NCBI GenBank assembly: GCA_045649105.1
Contig: JAZRPG010000027.1
Location: forward strand, 16,798-80,797
Source: Eubacteriales bacterium
Lineage (GTDB): Bacteria; Bacillota; Clostridia; Oscillospirales; JAAYXM01
Reading direction: 5' to 3'
Length of the DNA stretch: 64,000 bases
Part shown: one piece after another, positions 1-11,098 of the stretch
Numbering within the stretch: the first letter of the stretch is position 1
Layout: each line of letters starts with the position of its first letter
Notes under the pieces: model-generated
What the model was told of the DNA's origin: nothing
Database searches by the model: none
The model's input: the letters and a program-made list of their open reading frames with translations, nothing else
Translations under genes and position numbers: made by a program

Positions 1-717
1 CTTCCGTATGAGTACTATGAGAAATATAAAATCCGCAGGTACGGCGCTCACGGAACATCACATCGTTATGTTTCTGCAAGAGCGGCAAAGATGCTCGGAC
101 GCGATATAAAGGATTTAAAGCTTATTACATGTCACCTTGGCAATGGTTCATCAATTACGGCAGTGCAGGGCGGCAAGGTTCTTGATACAAGCATGGGATT
201 TACTCCGCTTGCGGGTCTTCCGATGGGTACGCGTACCGGAGACCTTGACCCTGCGATTGTAACACATATTATGAAATATGAAAAAGTTTCTCCGGAAGAA
301 ATGGACACAATTCTTAATAAAAAATCCGGCGTTCTCGGAATCTCGGGAATCTCGTCTGATTTCAGAGACCTTGCGGAAGAGGCAAAGAAGGGCAATGAGA
401 GGGCAGAGGTAGCGCTCGATATATTCGACTATCAGGTTACAAAATTCATCGGTGCATACGCGGCTGCAATGGGTGGCGTAGATGCTATCGTATTTACTGC
501 CGGAATAGGCGAGAACAATTCAACGCTCAGAAAGAATGTTGTTGCAAAGCTTGGGTTTATGGGTGCAACAATTGATGATGAGAAAAACGGTATCAGGGGA
601 GAGGAAATCGACATTTCCGGAAAGGATGCAAAAGTTAAGGTGCTTGTTATCCCGACAAATGAAGAGCTTCTTATAGCTCAGGATACTGAGGAAATTGCAA
701 AAAGCATTAAAAAATAA
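1..717 (+). CDS. ackA: acetate kinase, C-terminal ~238 aa (5' end lies outside the window)
   Basis: Frame 1 is open from base 1. Translation contains [32 protein letters not shown] and FTAGIGEN, typical of acetate/propionate kinases. Confidence 0.9.
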   Translation, partial: LPYEYYEKYKIRRYGAHGTSHRYVSARAAKMLGRDIKDLKLITCHLGNGSSITAVQGGKVLDTSMGFTPLAGLPMGTRTGDLDPAIVTHIMKYEKVSPEEMDTILNKKSGVLGISGISSDFRDLAEEAKKGNERAEVALDIFDYQVTKFIGAYAAAMGGVDAIVFTAGIGENNSTLRKNVVAKLGFMGATIDDEKNGIRGEEIDISGKDAKVKVLVIPTNEELLIAQDTEEIAKSIKK

Positions 718-725
718 AGCAAAAT

Positions 726-755
726 GCCCGCTTTTAAAAGAGCGGGTATTTCTTT
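726..755 (+). terminator. intrinsic terminator after ackA
   Basis: CCCGCT / AGCGGG stem followed by a T-rich tail. Confidence 0.6.
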
Positions 756-767
756 ATAGGGAATGAG

Positions 768-1172
768 GTGTCTGTTGTGCTTCGGGATATGACATTAGAT
801 GAGTTTTTTAAACGGCAGCCTGTGCTTATTCCGCTGTTTTTGACATTAAAGGATGCTGCACGGGAAAAGTTTCCGGACCTTCGTATCAGGATAGAGGAGC
901 ATCAATTAACATTTTTTGATATTCGCCCATATTGTAAAGTTACTCTGCCGTGTCAAAGTGATATCAAAACTGAGGATAGGAACAGCCTTATTTTATCCTT
1001 TGAGGTTCCGATGGAGTGTATTTCAAACCGGTTTGCGAAAATAACAATGCTTGCAAAGGATAAATTCCTTCACTGTGTTGTGATAAACAGCAGTGAGCAA
1101 GTGGATGAAGAGCTTATATCCTGGCTTGAGATGTCTCGTGAGTGGAATAATCTGTATGCATGCAGAAAGTGA
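768..1172 (+). CDS. hypothetical protein, family not recognised; start may be GTG 777
   Basis: 134-aa ORF with GAGGTG just upstream, bracketed by two terminators. No recognisable motifs. Confidence 0.45.
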   Translation: MSVVLRDMTLDEFFKRQPVLIPLFLTLKDAAREKFPDLRIRIEEHQLTFFDIRPYCKVTLPCQSDIKTEDRNSLILSFEVPMECISNRFAKITMLAKDKFLHCVVINSSEQVDEELISWLEMSREWNNLYACRK

Positions 1173-1180
1173 GTCTGTGT

Positions 1181-1229
1181 AAAAAAATTAAGAGGAACAG
1201 ACGAATTTATTGCCTGTTCCTCTTTTTTG
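1181..1229. terminator. bidirectional intrinsic terminator
   Basis: AAGAGGAACAG / CTGTTCCTCTT 11-bp stem with an A-run on one side and a T-run on the other, between convergent genes. Confidence 0.7.
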
Positions 1230-1234
1230 TACGC

Positions 1235-1456
1235 TTAGACAGAATCGGTTTGATTGAGCGACGTTACGGCATCATCTCTGAAGAAAAGTGATATACACCA
1301 AATACCTGCGAGGGCAACGAGTGCATACACAATTCTGCTGATGACTGCACCCTGTCCGCCGAATATCGCAGCGACGATGTCAAATTGAAAGATACCTATT
1401 GAGCCCCAGTTCACTGCTCCGATTATAACCAATAGAAGGGCTATTCTGTCAAACAT
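1235..1456 (-). CDS. DUF378-like small membrane protein
   Basis: 73 aa with two TM helices. The GAVNWGSIGIFQFDIV motif is characteristic of DUF378. Confidence 0.7.
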   Translation of the reverse strand: MFDRIALLLVIIGAVNWGSIGIFQFDIVAAIFGGQGAVISRIVYALVALAGIWCISLFFRDDAVTSLNQTDSV

Positions 1457-1602
1457 TTTATCAACTCCCTATAAAATAGATTTGACGTACAGCATAAGTA
1501 TTCCACATAATCAGTTGTTAATGCATATAAATACCGAAAAAAAGATGCTGCCAATTAGTGTTAAAAATTTTTTATAGTAAATGAAAAATTTGGTGTTTCT
1601 TA

Positions 1603-1631
1603 TTGACATGCAGGTTTTTATAGGGTATAAT
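1603..1631 (+). promoter_or_regulatory. sigma-A type promoter of the pyr operon
   Basis: TTGACA (1603-1608), 17-nt spacer, TATAAT (1626-1631). It lies inside the 5' extension of the track ORF, so the ATG at 1581 cannot be the real start. Confidence 0.7.
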
Positions 1632-1664
1632 AAATTAATTTTGGACGAAGGAGGCGTGAATACT

Positions 1665-2942
1665 TTGAGTTTTTTGATTTCCGGTGCAAATGTTTACCGT
1701 AACGGTGAGTTCAAAAAACTTGATATTTTGGTTTCTGACGGTCGTTTTATTGATGTTTTTCCTTCTGTTTCTTGTGCTGAATGTGATAGTGTTTTTAAAT
1801 TTAATAATTGCTTTGTCTTTCCGGGTCTCGTTGATGTTCACGTTCATCTCAGAGAACCGGGATTTTTATATAAAGAGAGCATAGAAAGCGGAACTATGGC
1901 AGCTGCGCGTGGCGGATATACCGATGTGTGCGCCATGCCGAACTTAAACCCCGTTCCTGATTGTGCGGCGAACTTGCGCGTGCAGACTGAGCTTATAGAA
2001 AAAAATGCCTTGGTGCATGTATATCCGTATGCATCGATTACGGTTGGACAGCGCGGAGAGAAGCTGTCAGCTCTTGAAGAAATGCAAGGTGATGTTTGCG
2101 GCTTTACCGATGACGGAAAGGGCGTTCAAAGTGAAGAAATGATGCGTCGTGCGATGTTGGTCGCAAAAAAATGCGAAAAAATAGTCGCTGCACATTGTGA
2201 GGACGAAGCGCTTCTTGGAGGGTCATGTATACATGATGGAGAATTTGCGAGAAAACTCGGACACAAAGGTATATCATCGGAAAGCGAATGGAAGCAGATT
2301 GAACGCGATTTGAGACTTGTCCGTGAGACGGGCTGTAAATATCATGTGTGCCATATTTCAACGGCTGAGGGTGTTGAGCTTATCAGGAGAGCAAAGAAAG
2401 AGGGGCTTTCGGTAACCTGCGAAACTGCGCCGCATTATCTTGTGCTTGATGATTCTATGCTTAGTGATGACGGAAGGTTTAAAATGAACCCTCCCATAAG
2501 AACAAAAAGTGACAGAGAGGCGCTTGTCAGAGGAATATGCGATGGGACGATAGATATGATAGCAACTGACCATGCGCCACATTCCGAAGAGGAAAAAAGC
2601 CGTGGAATTCTTGGAAGTACTATGGGTGTTACCGGGCTTGAGTCCGCATTCCCCGTGCTTTATACAGAGCTTGTTAAAACAGGGGTCATAACGCTTGAAA
2701 AGCTTGTTGCCTTGATGAGTGACAATCCACGCAAAATATTCGGTATAGGTAATGAAATAGAAAAAAATTGTAATGCGAACTTCTGCGTGTTTGACCTTGA
2801 TAAGAATTATAATATAGATGCAGGAACTTTTTTGTCAAAAGGACACAGTACGCCGTTTAACGGCAGAAATGTGTTTTCAAAATGTATTATGACAGTAGTA
2901 GACGGGAGGATAATATGGCAAGAGAATTTGACAGAAAGATAG
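1665..2942 (+). CDS. pyrC: dihydroorotase
   Basis: HVHLREPG and DHAPH metal-binding motifs. Start placed at TTG 1665, 10 nt after GGAGG (1650-1654); GTG 1656 is only 1 nt from the SD. Confidence 0.9.
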   Translation: MSFLISGANVYRNGEFKKLDILVSDGRFIDVFPSVSCAECDSVFKFNNCFVFPGLVDVHVHLREPGFLYKESIESGTMAAARGGYTDVCAMPNLNPVPDCAANLRVQTELIEKNALVHVYPYASITVGQRGEKLSALEEMQGDVCGFTDDGKGVQSEEMMRRAMLVAKKCEKIVAAHCEDEALLGGSCIHDGEFARKLGHKGISSESEWKQIERDLRLVRETGCKYHVCHISTAEGVELIRRAKKEGLSVTCETAPHYLVLDDSMLSDDGRFKMNPPIRTKSDREALVRGICDGTIDMIATDHAPHSEEEKSRGILGSTMGVTGLESAFPVLYTELVKTGVITLEKLVALMSDNPRKIFGIGNEIEKNCNANFCVFDLDKNYNIDAGTFLSKGHSTPFNGRNVFSKCIMTVVDGRIIWQENLTER

Positions 2943-4006
2943 TATTCGAGGACGGAAGCGAATACTTGGGTTACGGCTTTGGTGCAAGGCGTGATGCGAT
3001 ATGTGAGGCTGTTTTTAATACCTCAATGGTCGGGTATCAGGAGATTCTATCTGATCCGACATATGCTTACCGTATGGTAACAATGACATATCCGGTTATA
3101 GGGAATTACGGCATAGCGGATGATGATTTTGAGACAAAGACACCGTCAATCGGGGGCCTTATAGTCCGCGAATATAACGATATACCGAGTAATTTCAGGT
3201 ATATTGAAACACTGTCGGAGATTCTTGAAGAAAGCGACATACCTGCAATCTCCGGAGTTGATACTAGAATGATAACGCGCAGCATTCGCGATCTTGGAAG
3301 CCGTAAGGTGATGATTACGGATATATCCACAACAAAAGAAGCAGCTCTGGAAGCTATGAGTAAATATGAAATTCCGCGAGATGCCGTTGATAAGGTGAGT
3401 TGCAAGAAAAAATGGTATTCAAGAACTTCGAATCCGCGCTTCAACGTTGTTGCAGTGGACTGCGGAGTTAAGCTCAATATCATAAGAAGCCTTAATGCGC
3501 GCGGATGCAACGTTACTGTTGTTCCGTATAATACAAGTGCGGAAGAGATAAGTGCACTTAAGCCTGATGGAGTATTAATTTCGAACGGACCTGGAAACCC
3601 GGAGGATGTAAAGTCTGTAATTGAGCTTGTAAAGAAGCTTTTAGGTCGCTTCCCGATTTTCGGAATAAGCCTCGGCCATCAGATTATTTCACTTGCGTAC
3701 GGTGCTCGTACATATAAACTTAAGTTCGGACGGGCCGGTAGCCATCCCATAAGGAAAACGGATACGGGCAAAATAGAAATGGCAAGCCAGAATTACTACT
3801 ATGCAGTAGATAAAGAGTCTTTAAAAGGAACAAAGCTTAAGATAACGCATGAGAATGTTCTTGACGGTACGGTTGAGGGCTTATCTTGTGAGAGTGACAG
3901 GGTATTTTGTGTACAGTATAACCCTGAAAGCGCACCCGGTCCACAGGACAGCACATATTTGTTTGATGACTTTATAAAGCTTATGGAGGGCTGCAAAAAT
4001 GCCTAA
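2915..4006 (+). CDS. carA: carbamoyl-phosphate synthase small subunit with a degenerate glutaminase active site
   Basis: Homologous to CarA over its full length. Start is ATG 2915 after GGGAGGA. Active-site motifs read GISLGHQ, SQNYYY and [11 protein letters not shown] (see finding). Confidence 0.9.
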   Translation: MAREFDRKIVFEDGSEYLGYGFGARRDAICEAVFNTSMVGYQEILSDPTYAYRMVTMTYPVIGNYGIADDDFETKTPSIGGLIVREYNDIPSNFRYIETLSEILEESDIPAISGVDTRMITRSIRDLGSRKVMITDISTTKEAALEAMSKYEIPRDAVDKVSCKKKWYSRTSNPRFNVVAVDCGVKLNIIRSLNARGCNVTVVPYNTSAEEISALKPDGVLISNGPGNPEDVKSVIELVKKLLGRFPIFGISLGHQIISLAYGARTYKLKFGRAGSHPIRKTDTGKIEMASQNYYYAVDKESLKGTKLKITHENVLDGTVEGLSCESDRVFCVQYNPESAPGPQDSTYLFDDFIKLMEGCKNA

Positions 4007-7000
4007 GAGAAAAGATATAAAAAAGGTACTTGTAATCGGTTCAGGTCCGATAGTTATAGGACAGGCTGCGGAGTTTGACTACGCAGGAACGCAGGCATGC
4101 CTTGCTCTTAAGGAGGAAGGTTATGAAGTAATACTCATGAATTCAAATCCGGCAACGATAATGACAGATACAACGATTGCCGATAAAGTGTATATGGAGC
4201 CGCTCACACTTGAGTATGCGGCGAAGATTCTTCGTTACGAGCGTCCTGATGCAATTGTTCCGGGTATAGGTGGCCAGACGGGGCTTAACTTGGCTATGCA
4301 GCTTGCCAAAAAAGGAGTGCTTGATGAATGCCGTGTAGAGATGCTCGGAACGAGCTGTGAAAGTATTGAGCGTGCAGAGGACAGAGAGCTTTTTAAAAAG
4401 CTGTGTGAAGAAATAGGAGAGCCTGTTCTGCCGTCTATAATAACGCACAGCATCGAAGAGGCAATTGCTGCAGCGGAGGAAATCGGATACCCTGTTGTGC
4501 TTCGCCCGGCATTTACACTCGGCGGCACAGGTGGCGGTTTTGCGGATAATGAGGAAGAGCTTTGCGACATAATGAAAAATGCGCTTAAGCTTTCTCCGAC
4601 AAAACAGGTGCTTGTTGAAAAGAGCATAAAGGGCTATAAAGAGATAGAGTACGAAGTAATACGCGACTCAAATGATACGGCGATTACCGTATGTAATATG
4701 GAAAATATAGATCCGGTAGGTATACATACGGGCGACTCAATTGTAGTTGCACCTAGTCAGACGCTGACAAACAAGGAGGTCCAGCTCCTTCGCGACAGCG
4801 CACTGAAAATTATAAGAGCGCTTAAGGTGGAAGGTGGCTGCAATGTTCAGTTTGCGCTTGACCCGCAGTCGTTTAAGTACTATCTTATAGAGGTAAATCC
4901 GCGTGTGTCGCGTTCATCTGCTCTCGCCTCCAAGGCGAGCGGATACCCGATAGCGAGGGTGTCTGCAAAGATAGCTGTAGGCATGCATTTGGATGAAATC
5001 ATGATAGCAGATACACCTGCAAGCGCCGAACCAACGCTTGACTATGTCGTTACAAAGGTGCCGCGTTTTCCGTTTGATAAATTCACCGCTGCTTCCAATA
5101 AGCTGAGCACGCAGATGAAGGCAACGGGAGAGGTTATGAGCATTGGAAGAACGATTGAAGAGAGTCTTCTTAAAGCAATAAGGTCTCTTGAGACAGGTGT
5201 CTGCCATTTGTATATGTCAAAATTTGACAAGATTTCAACACATGAACTTATGGACTATATAAAAGACGGAACAGACGACAGAATCTTTGCAATTTCAGAG
5301 CTTATTAGACGCAAGGTTGATATCGGAATGATCTGGAGCGCAACTCAGATCGATATGCTGTTCCTGGACAAAATCAAGAATATAGTAGACTTTGAATCTG
5401 AAATCAGGGACAACGCGGGCGACCTCAAAGTTTTGTACGAGGCGAAGCGCATGGGCTTCTGCGACGAGTTTATAGCAAAGCTTTGGAATATGTCTGAGCG
5501 TGAAATATACGAGATAAGAAAGAAAAACAATATGTTCCCTGTATATAAAATGATAGACAGATGCGCAGGGGCGCTTGAAGGATATGTTCCGTATTTTTAC
5601 TCTACATATGAAACTGAAAATGAGTCTGTAATAGGGAAAAGGAAAAAGATAATCGTTCTTGGTTCAGGTCCGATACGCATCGGTCAGGGTGTCGAATTCG
5701 ATTATTCGACTGTCCATGCTGTATCTACAATCAGAGAATACGGTTATGAAGCAATTATAATAAACAACAACCCTGAAACAGTTTCGACGGACTATACAAC
5801 AAGTGATAAGTTGTACTTTGAACCGCTGACTGTAGAGGATGTAATGAATATTATTGAGCTTGAAAAGCCTGAGGGTGTTATAGCATTCCTCGGTGGACAG
5901 ACGGCAATAAACCTTGCTGCACCTCTTAAGGAGCTTGGTGTAAAGCTCATTGGAACGGACGTAGACGCTATAGAAAAGGCTGAAAATCGCGATTCGTTTG
6001 AAAAGATTATGCATAAGCTCGGGATTCCCGAGCCGCCCGGACGCGCTGTTACAAATATTGATGACGGAGTACGCGCGGCAACAGAGATTGGTTATCCTGT
6101 TCTTGTGCGTCCGAGCTATGTTCTCGGCGGACGGGCAATGCAGATTGTCGCAAGCGAGGAAGCACTCAAGAAATATTTAAAGACGGCAGTTGCAATTAAT
6201 GAGGATCAGCCCGTGCTTGTTGATAAATATATAGTCGGTAAAGAGCTTGAAGTTGACGCTGTATGTGACGGCAAGGATGTATTCATTCCGGGCATTATGG
6301 AGCATGTCGAGAAGACAGGAATACACTCGGGAGACAGCATAAGCGTTTATCCGACATTCAGCATAAGCGAGAAGGTTAAAGAGACGATAATTGACTATAC
6401 AATAAAGCTTGGTATGGGCATAGGTATCGTAGGCCTTTATAATATTCAGTTTATCGTGGATAAAAACGAGGATGTTTATGTAATAGAGGTAAATCCGCGC
6501 TCATCAAGAACGGTGCCGTTCCTTTCAAAAGCAACGGGTTATTCAATTGCGGATATTGCTACACTTGCAGTTCTCGGAAAGTCGCTTCGTGAACAGGGAT
6601 TTTCGGAGGTTTATCCGAAGGAAAAGGAAAAGTGGTATGTAAAAGCGCCTGCATTTTCCTTCTCAAAGCTCCGTGGACTTGATGCATATCTCTCGCCGGA
6701 GATGAAGTCTACCGGTGAGTCCATAGGCTATGACAAAAAGCTCACAAGAGCTCTTTATAAGGCCCTTCAGTCATCGGGGATGAATGTCGCAAACTACGGC
6801 ACAATACTCGTTACAATAGCTGATAAGGATAAAGAAGAGGCCCTGCCTCTGATACGGAGATTCTACAATCTCGGTTTCAATATAGAGGCAACAATAGGTA
6901 CGGCACAATATCTCCGTGAGCATGGAATACGTACGCGTGCAAGAGCAAAGATAAGCGAGGGCAATGAGGAAATACTCGATTCATTAAGACGCGGATATGT

Positions 7001-7181
7001 AAGCTATGTTATAAATACTCGTGACATAGACGCATCTGTAAATGCGGAAAGTGACGGATATCAAATCCGACGCTGTGCCGTTGAAAATAATATAACGATG
7101 TTTACGGCACTTGATACAGTGCGCGTGCTCCTTGATGTGCTCGAGGAAATAACAATAACCGTTTCTACGATTGATTCGTGA
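3999..7181 (+). CDS. carB: carbamoyl-phosphate synthase large subunit
   Basis: 1060 aa with duplicated ATP-grasp halves ([17 protein letters not shown] and [17 protein letters not shown]). Overlaps the carA stop by 8 nt. Confidence 0.97.
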   Translation: MPKRKDIKKVLVIGSGPIVIGQAAEFDYAGTQACLALKEEGYEVILMNSNPATIMTDTTIADKVYMEPLTLEYAAKILRYERPDAIVPGIGGQTGLNLAMQLAKKGVLDECRVEMLGTSCESIERAEDRELFKKLCEEIGEPVLPSIITHSIEEAIAAAEEIGYPVVLRPAFTLGGTGGGFADNEEELCDIMKNALKLSPTKQVLVEKSIKGYKEIEYEVIRDSNDTAITVCNMENIDPVGIHTGDSIVVAPSQTLTNKEVQLLRDSALKIIRALKVEGGCNVQFALDPQSFKYYLIEVNPRVSRSSALASKASGYPIARVSAKIAVGMHLDEIMIADTPASAEPTLDYVVTKVPRFPFDKFTAASNKLSTQMKATGEVMSIGRTIEESLLKAIRSLETGVCHLYMSKFDKISTHELMDYIKDGTDDRIFAISELIRRKVDIGMIWSATQIDMLFLDKIKNIVDFESEIRDNAGDLKVLYEAKRMGFCDEFIAKLWNMSEREIYEIRKKNNMFPVYKMIDRCAGALEGYVPYFYSTYETENESVIGKRKKIIVLGSGPIRIGQGVEFDYSTVHAVSTIREYGYEAIIINNNPETVSTDYTTSDKLYFEPLTVEDVMNIIELEKPEGVIAFLGGQTAINLAAPLKELGVKLIGTDVDAIEKAENRDSFEKIMHKLGIPEPPGRAVTNIDDGVRAATEIGYPVLVRPSYVLGGRAMQIVASEEALKKYLKTAVAINEDQPVLVDKYIVGKELEVDAVCDGKDVFIPGIMEHVEKTGIHSGDSISVYPTFSISEKVKETIIDYTIKLGMGIGIVGLYNIQFIVDKNEDVYVIEVNPRSSRTVPFLSKATGYSIADIATLAVLGKSLREQGFSEVYPKEKEKWYVKAPAFSFSKLRGLDAYLSPEMKSTGESIGYDKKLTRALYKALQSSGMNVANYGTILVTIADKDKEEALPLIRRFYNLGFNIEATIGTAQYLREHGIRTRARAKISEGNEEILDSLRRGYVSYVINTRDIDASVNAESDGYQIRRCAVENNITMFTALDTVRVLLDVLEEITITVSTIDS

Positions 7182-7189
7182 GGTGACAG

Positions 7190-7924
7190 ATGTATAAAAA
7201 GGGCATATTCGAAATAGGCGAAAATGTAAACATTGCTAAAAATACTTACAGAATGGTGCTTTTAGGAAATACTAATGATATAACGGCACCCGGACAGTTT
7301 ATAAATATTATGATTGACGGTTTTTATCTTCGCAGACCGATTTCCGTATGCGATTATGACGATAAGTCTGTCACAATAATATACAAGACAATAGGTAAGG
7401 GAACTGAGGCTATGAGCAGGCTTTCATCCGGTGTAAAGCTTGACATACTTACAGGTCTTGGTAACGGCTTTCATGCGGCAAAGAGCGGGGACAGACCGCT
7501 TCTTGTAGGCGGCGGACTCGGTGTTGCTCCGATGTATGCTATGGCGAAAGCGTTAATGCGTGAGGGAAAGCGTGTTTCGGTCATACTGGGATTCAACACA
7601 AAAGACGAGGTTGTGCTCGAGCATGAGCTATTGAAGCTTGGTGCTGAAGTTTTAGTAGTCACAGCTGATGGGAGTTACGGTAAAAAAGGCTTTCCGACAG
7701 ATGCAATGGGTGATTTTCAATATACATATTTCTATGCATGCGGACCGCTGCCGATGCTTCGTGCAGTGAGTGATGCATCAATTACGAGCGGTGAGCTGAG
7801 CTTTGAGGAGCGCATGGGCTGCGGCTTCGGTGCATGCATGGGCTGCAGTTGCAAGACAAAGTACGGAAACAAGCGCATTTGCAGAGACGGTCCTGTCCTT
7901 GAAAAGGAGGAAGTTATATGGTAG
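7190..7924 (+). CDS. pyrK: dihydroorotate dehydrogenase B electron-transfer (FAD / 2Fe-2S) subunit
   Basis: C-terminal cluster CGFGACMGCSC...C and position directly upstream of pyrD. Confidence 0.9.
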   Translation: MYKKGIFEIGENVNIAKNTYRMVLLGNTNDITAPGQFINIMIDGFYLRRPISVCDYDDKSVTIIYKTIGKGTEAMSRLSSGVKLDILTGLGNGFHAAKSGDRPLLVGGGLGVAPMYAMAKALMREGKRVSVILGFNTKDEVVLEHELLKLGAEVLVVTADGSYGKKGFPTDAMGDFQYTYFYACGPLPMLRAVSDASITSGELSFEERMGCGFGACMGCSCKTKYGNKRICRDGPVLEKEEVIW

Positions 7925-8832
7925 ATATGACAGTTGAGTTAGCAGGACTTAAGCTTGATAATCCGATAATACCTGCGAGCGGGACGTTTGGATACGGGTA
8001 TGAATTCAACGAGTTTTATGACATAAACATGCTTGGTTCCTTTTCGTTTAAAGGCACAACTCGTGAGCCGAGATTCGGCAACAATACGCCGAGAATAGCT
8101 GAGTGTGCATCGGGACTTCTTAATGCGGTCGGGTTGCAGAATCCGGGTATCGATGCTGTGATTAACAGTGAGCTTCCGCGCATGCGCGAGGTGTTTAAGA
8201 AGCCTGTAATTGCAAATATAAGCGGTTTTTCAAAAGATGAGTATGTATATTGCTGCAAGCGCATAGACAAAGAGGAACAGGTCGGAGCGATTGAGGTTAA
8301 TATAAGCTGTCCTAATGTGCATAATGGCGGTATGAGCTTCGGAACATCACCTGAATCAGCATTTGAAATTACAAAAGCTGTAAAGGAAGTTACAAGCAAG
8401 CCTGTATTTATGAAGCTTTCTCCGAATGTAACCGATATTGCAGCGATTGCATCTGCCTGTGAAAGTGCCGGGGCGGACGGAATCAGCCTTATAAATACAC
8501 TTCTCGGCATGCGGATAGATATAGCAAAAAGAAAGCCTCTGCTTAATAATAAGACGGGCGGTATGTCAGGGCCTGCAGTTTTCCCGATTGCAGTCAGGAT
8601 GGTATATCAGGTTTACGAGGCTGTAAATATCCCGATAATAGGCATGGGAGGAGTTTCAAGTGCGGAGGATGTGCTTGAGATGATGCTTGCCGGTGCAAGC
8701 GCAGTTCAGGTCGGAGCGGCAAATCTTGTAAATCCGTATATCTGTAAAGAGATTATCGATGCTCTACCCGATGTTATGAAAAAATATAATATAACAAGCT
8801 TAAAGGATTTAGTTGGGGGTGCACATAAATGA
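7918..8832 (+). CDS. pyrD: dihydroorotate dehydrogenase B catalytic subunit
   Basis: NISCPN active-site Cys motif of class 1 DHODH. Translationally coupled to pyrK. Confidence 0.95.
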   Translation: MVDMTVELAGLKLDNPIIPASGTFGYGYEFNEFYDINMLGSFSFKGTTREPRFGNNTPRIAECASGLLNAVGLQNPGIDAVINSELPRMREVFKKPVIANISGFSKDEYVYCCKRIDKEEQVGAIEVNISCPNVHNGGMSFGTSPESAFEITKAVKEVTSKPVFMKLSPNVTDIAAIASACESAGADGISLINTLLGMRIDIAKRKPLLNNKTGGMSGPAVFPIAVRMVYQVYEAVNIPIIGMGGVSSAEDVLEMMLAGASAVQVGAANLVNPYICKEIIDALPDVMKKYNITSLKDLVGGAHK

Positions 8833-9533
8833 ATAAGGATGTCATTATAGCATGTGATTTTAAAAGTGGCGCAGAGACACTTGAATTTCTCGACAAGTTC
8901 AAAGAGGAAAGGCTGTTTCTTAAAATCGGTATGGAGTTGTTTTATGCAGAGGGTCCTGACATCGTTCGTCAGATAAAGGCACGCGGGCATAAGATATTCC
9001 TCGATTTGAAGCTGCATGATATTCCGAATACAGTGAAACGCGCAATGGCATCGCTCTCAAAGCTTGATGTTGATATGTGCAATGTTCATGCTGCCGGCAC
9101 TATTGAGATGATGCGTGCAGCAAAGGAAGGACTTACGCGTGAGGACGGTTCGCGACCGCTTCTTATAGCTGTAACACAGCTTACATCAACGAGTGAGGAG
9201 CGCATGAGAGAGGAACTTTTAATTGACCGGCCGTTAGATGAGGTTGTCATGAGCTATGCAGAGAACGCAAAGACAGCGGGACTTGACGGAATTGTATGTT
9301 CTCCGCTTGAAGCAAAAAAGGTTAAGGACAGATGCGGAGCGGGATTTTTAACCGTTACTCCCGGCGTCAGGTTTGAAAGTGATGACAAGGGTGACCAGGT
9401 CCGTGTTACTACACCTGCAGATGCGAGAAAAATTGGTTCGGATTTTATCGTAGTCGGACGTCCGATTACGCGTGCGGAGAATCAGGTGGATGCATACAGA
9501 AGATGTGTTGCTGATTTTTTAGGAGGTAAATAA
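8829..9533 (+). CDS. pyrF: orotidine 5'-phosphate decarboxylase
   Basis: FLDLKLHDIPNT motif. ATGA overlap with pyrD. Confidence 0.95.
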   Translation: MNKDVIIACDFKSGAETLEFLDKFKEERLFLKIGMELFYAEGPDIVRQIKARGHKIFLDLKLHDIPNTVKRAMASLSKLDVDMCNVHAAGTIEMMRAAKEGLTREDGSRPLLIAVTQLTSTSEERMREELLIDRPLDEVVMSYAENAKTAGLDGIVCSPLEAKKVKDRCGAGFLTVTPGVRFESDDKGDQVRVTTPADARKIGSDFIVVGRPITRAENQVDAYRRCVADFLGGK

Positions 9534-9534
9534 G

Positions 9535-10167
9535 ATGAATAAGAAAATAGCAAAGGCGCTTTTGTCGATAGGAGCAGTGTTTTTAAGACCGGAACAACCG
9601 TTTACATGGGCAAGTGGTATTAAAAGCCCGGTATACTGTGACAACAGACTCACGCTGACGGCTCCTGAAGTAAGAAATGAGATAGAGAATGCAATAGCAG
9701 AAACGATTAGAAAAGAGTATCCCGAGTGCGAGGTTATAATGGGTACAAGTACGGCAGGTATTGCCCATGCCGCAATAGCGGGACATATCCTCGGACTTCC
9801 GGTGGGATATGTGCGTTCAGGGGCTAAGGACCATGGACGCGCAAACAGGATAGAAGGCAAGCTTGAGAAAGGACAGAAGGTAGTCGTTGTTGAGGATTTA
9901 ATATCCACAGGCGGCAGTGTTATAGATGTTGTTGACGCGCTTCGCGAGGCCGGTGCTACAGTTCTGGGCGTTGTCAGCATATTCACATATAATATGAAAA
10001 AGGGGGTAAAGAGACTTGAGGCAGCAGGTGTAAAGAATATTAGCCTTACAGATTTTGACACAATATGTGAAGTTGCAGCAGAGTGTGATTATATCAAGAG
10101 TGAGGACATTTCGAGGCTTATGGCATTCAGAAATAATCCGGACGATGAAAGCTGGATAGAAAAATAA
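9535..10167 (+). CDS. pyrE: orotate phosphoribosyltransferase
   Basis: PRPP-binding loop [13 protein letters not shown]. Confidence 0.93.
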   Translation: MNKKIAKALLSIGAVFLRPEQPFTWASGIKSPVYCDNRLTLTAPEVRNEIENAIAETIRKEYPECEVIMGTSTAGIAHAAIAGHILGLPVGYVRSGAKDHGRANRIEGKLEKGQKVVVVEDLISTGGSVIDVVDALREAGATVLGVVSIFTYNMKKGVKRLEAAGVKNISLTDFDTICEVAAECDYIKSEDISRLMAFRNNPDDESWIEK

Positions 10168-10181
10168 GCGGAGGAATAAAA

Positions 10182-11096
10182 ATGAGGCATTTAATCAATA
10201 TTACGGATCTCTCGGTCGAAGAAATTGAAAAGCTTCTTAAAACAGCGGAGGATATAATAGAAAACGGAGCAGCATACAGCGAAAAATGCAAAGGGAAAAA
10301 GCTCGGTTCTCTGTTCTTTGAGCCAAGTACGAGGACGAGGCTCAGTTTTGAGGCTGCTATGCTTGAGCTCGGGGGCAGCGTTATCGGATTTTCCGATGCG
10401 GGCAATAGCAGTACTGCGAAAGGTGAGAGTGTATCTGATACTGTTCAGACGGTAAGTTGCTATGCAGACATAATCGCCATGCGCCACCCGAAGGAAGGTG
10501 CGCCGATGGCGGCTACGCTGAGGTCAGGTGTTCCGATAATAAATGCAGGTGACGGCGGTCATAATCACCCGACACAAACGCTTGCAGACCTTCTGACAAT
10601 CCGTCGTGAACGTGGAAAGTTTTCCGGATTGACTATCGGACTTTGCGGTGATTTAAAGTTTGGCAGAACTGTACACTCATTGATAATTGCGATGTCACGA
10701 TATGAAAATGTGCGGTTTGTCCTTATCTCACCGGAGGAGCTCCGCGTGCCTAATTATATAAAACAGGATGTTCTTATAAAGAATGGGATGCAGTGGCGAG
10801 AGACGACGAGTATGGAAGATGCAATGCCCGAACTCGATGTTTTGTATATGACGCGTGTACAGCGCGAGCGCTTCTTCAATGAGGCGGATTATGTAAGACT
10901 TAAGGATAGCTATATATTGACGCCGGATAAGCTTGAGTGTGCAAAGAAAGATCTCTGCATAATGCATCCGCTTCCGCGTGTTAATGAGATATCGACGAGC
11001 GTTGATGATGACCCGCGTGCATGTTATTTCAAGCAGGTGCTTTATGGAAAATATATGCGTATGGCGCTTATTATGATGCTTTTGGAGGTCAGATAG
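10182..11096 (+). CDS. pyrB: aspartate carbamoyltransferase catalytic chain
   Basis: STRTR, HPTQ and HPLPRV motifs. Confidence 0.95.
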   Translation: MRHLINITDLSVEEIEKLLKTAEDIIENGAAYSEKCKGKKLGSLFFEPSTRTRLSFEAAMLELGGSVIGFSDAGNSSTAKGESVSDTVQTVSCYADIIAMRHPKEGAPMAATLRSGVPIINAGDGGHNHPTQTLADLLTIRRERGKFSGLTIGLCGDLKFGRTVHSLIIAMSRYENVRFVLISPEELRVPNYIKQDVLIKNGMQWRETTSMEDAMPELDVLYMTRVQRERFFNEADYVRLKDSYILTPDKLECAKKDLCIMHPLPRVNEISTSVDDDPRACYFKQVLYGKYMRMALIMMLLEVR

Positions 11097-11098
11097 AA

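Noticed and set aside
1581-1664. N-terminal extensions of track ORFs: pyrC 1581, carA 2882, pyrI 11021, metK 13326, permease 15899, small membrane protein 17221, dapA 51785, queA 52950, yajC 56933.
   Set aside because: The extensions overlap promoters or upstream genes, lack SD sequences and carry no homology. An internal start with a proper SD matches the family N-terminus in each case.
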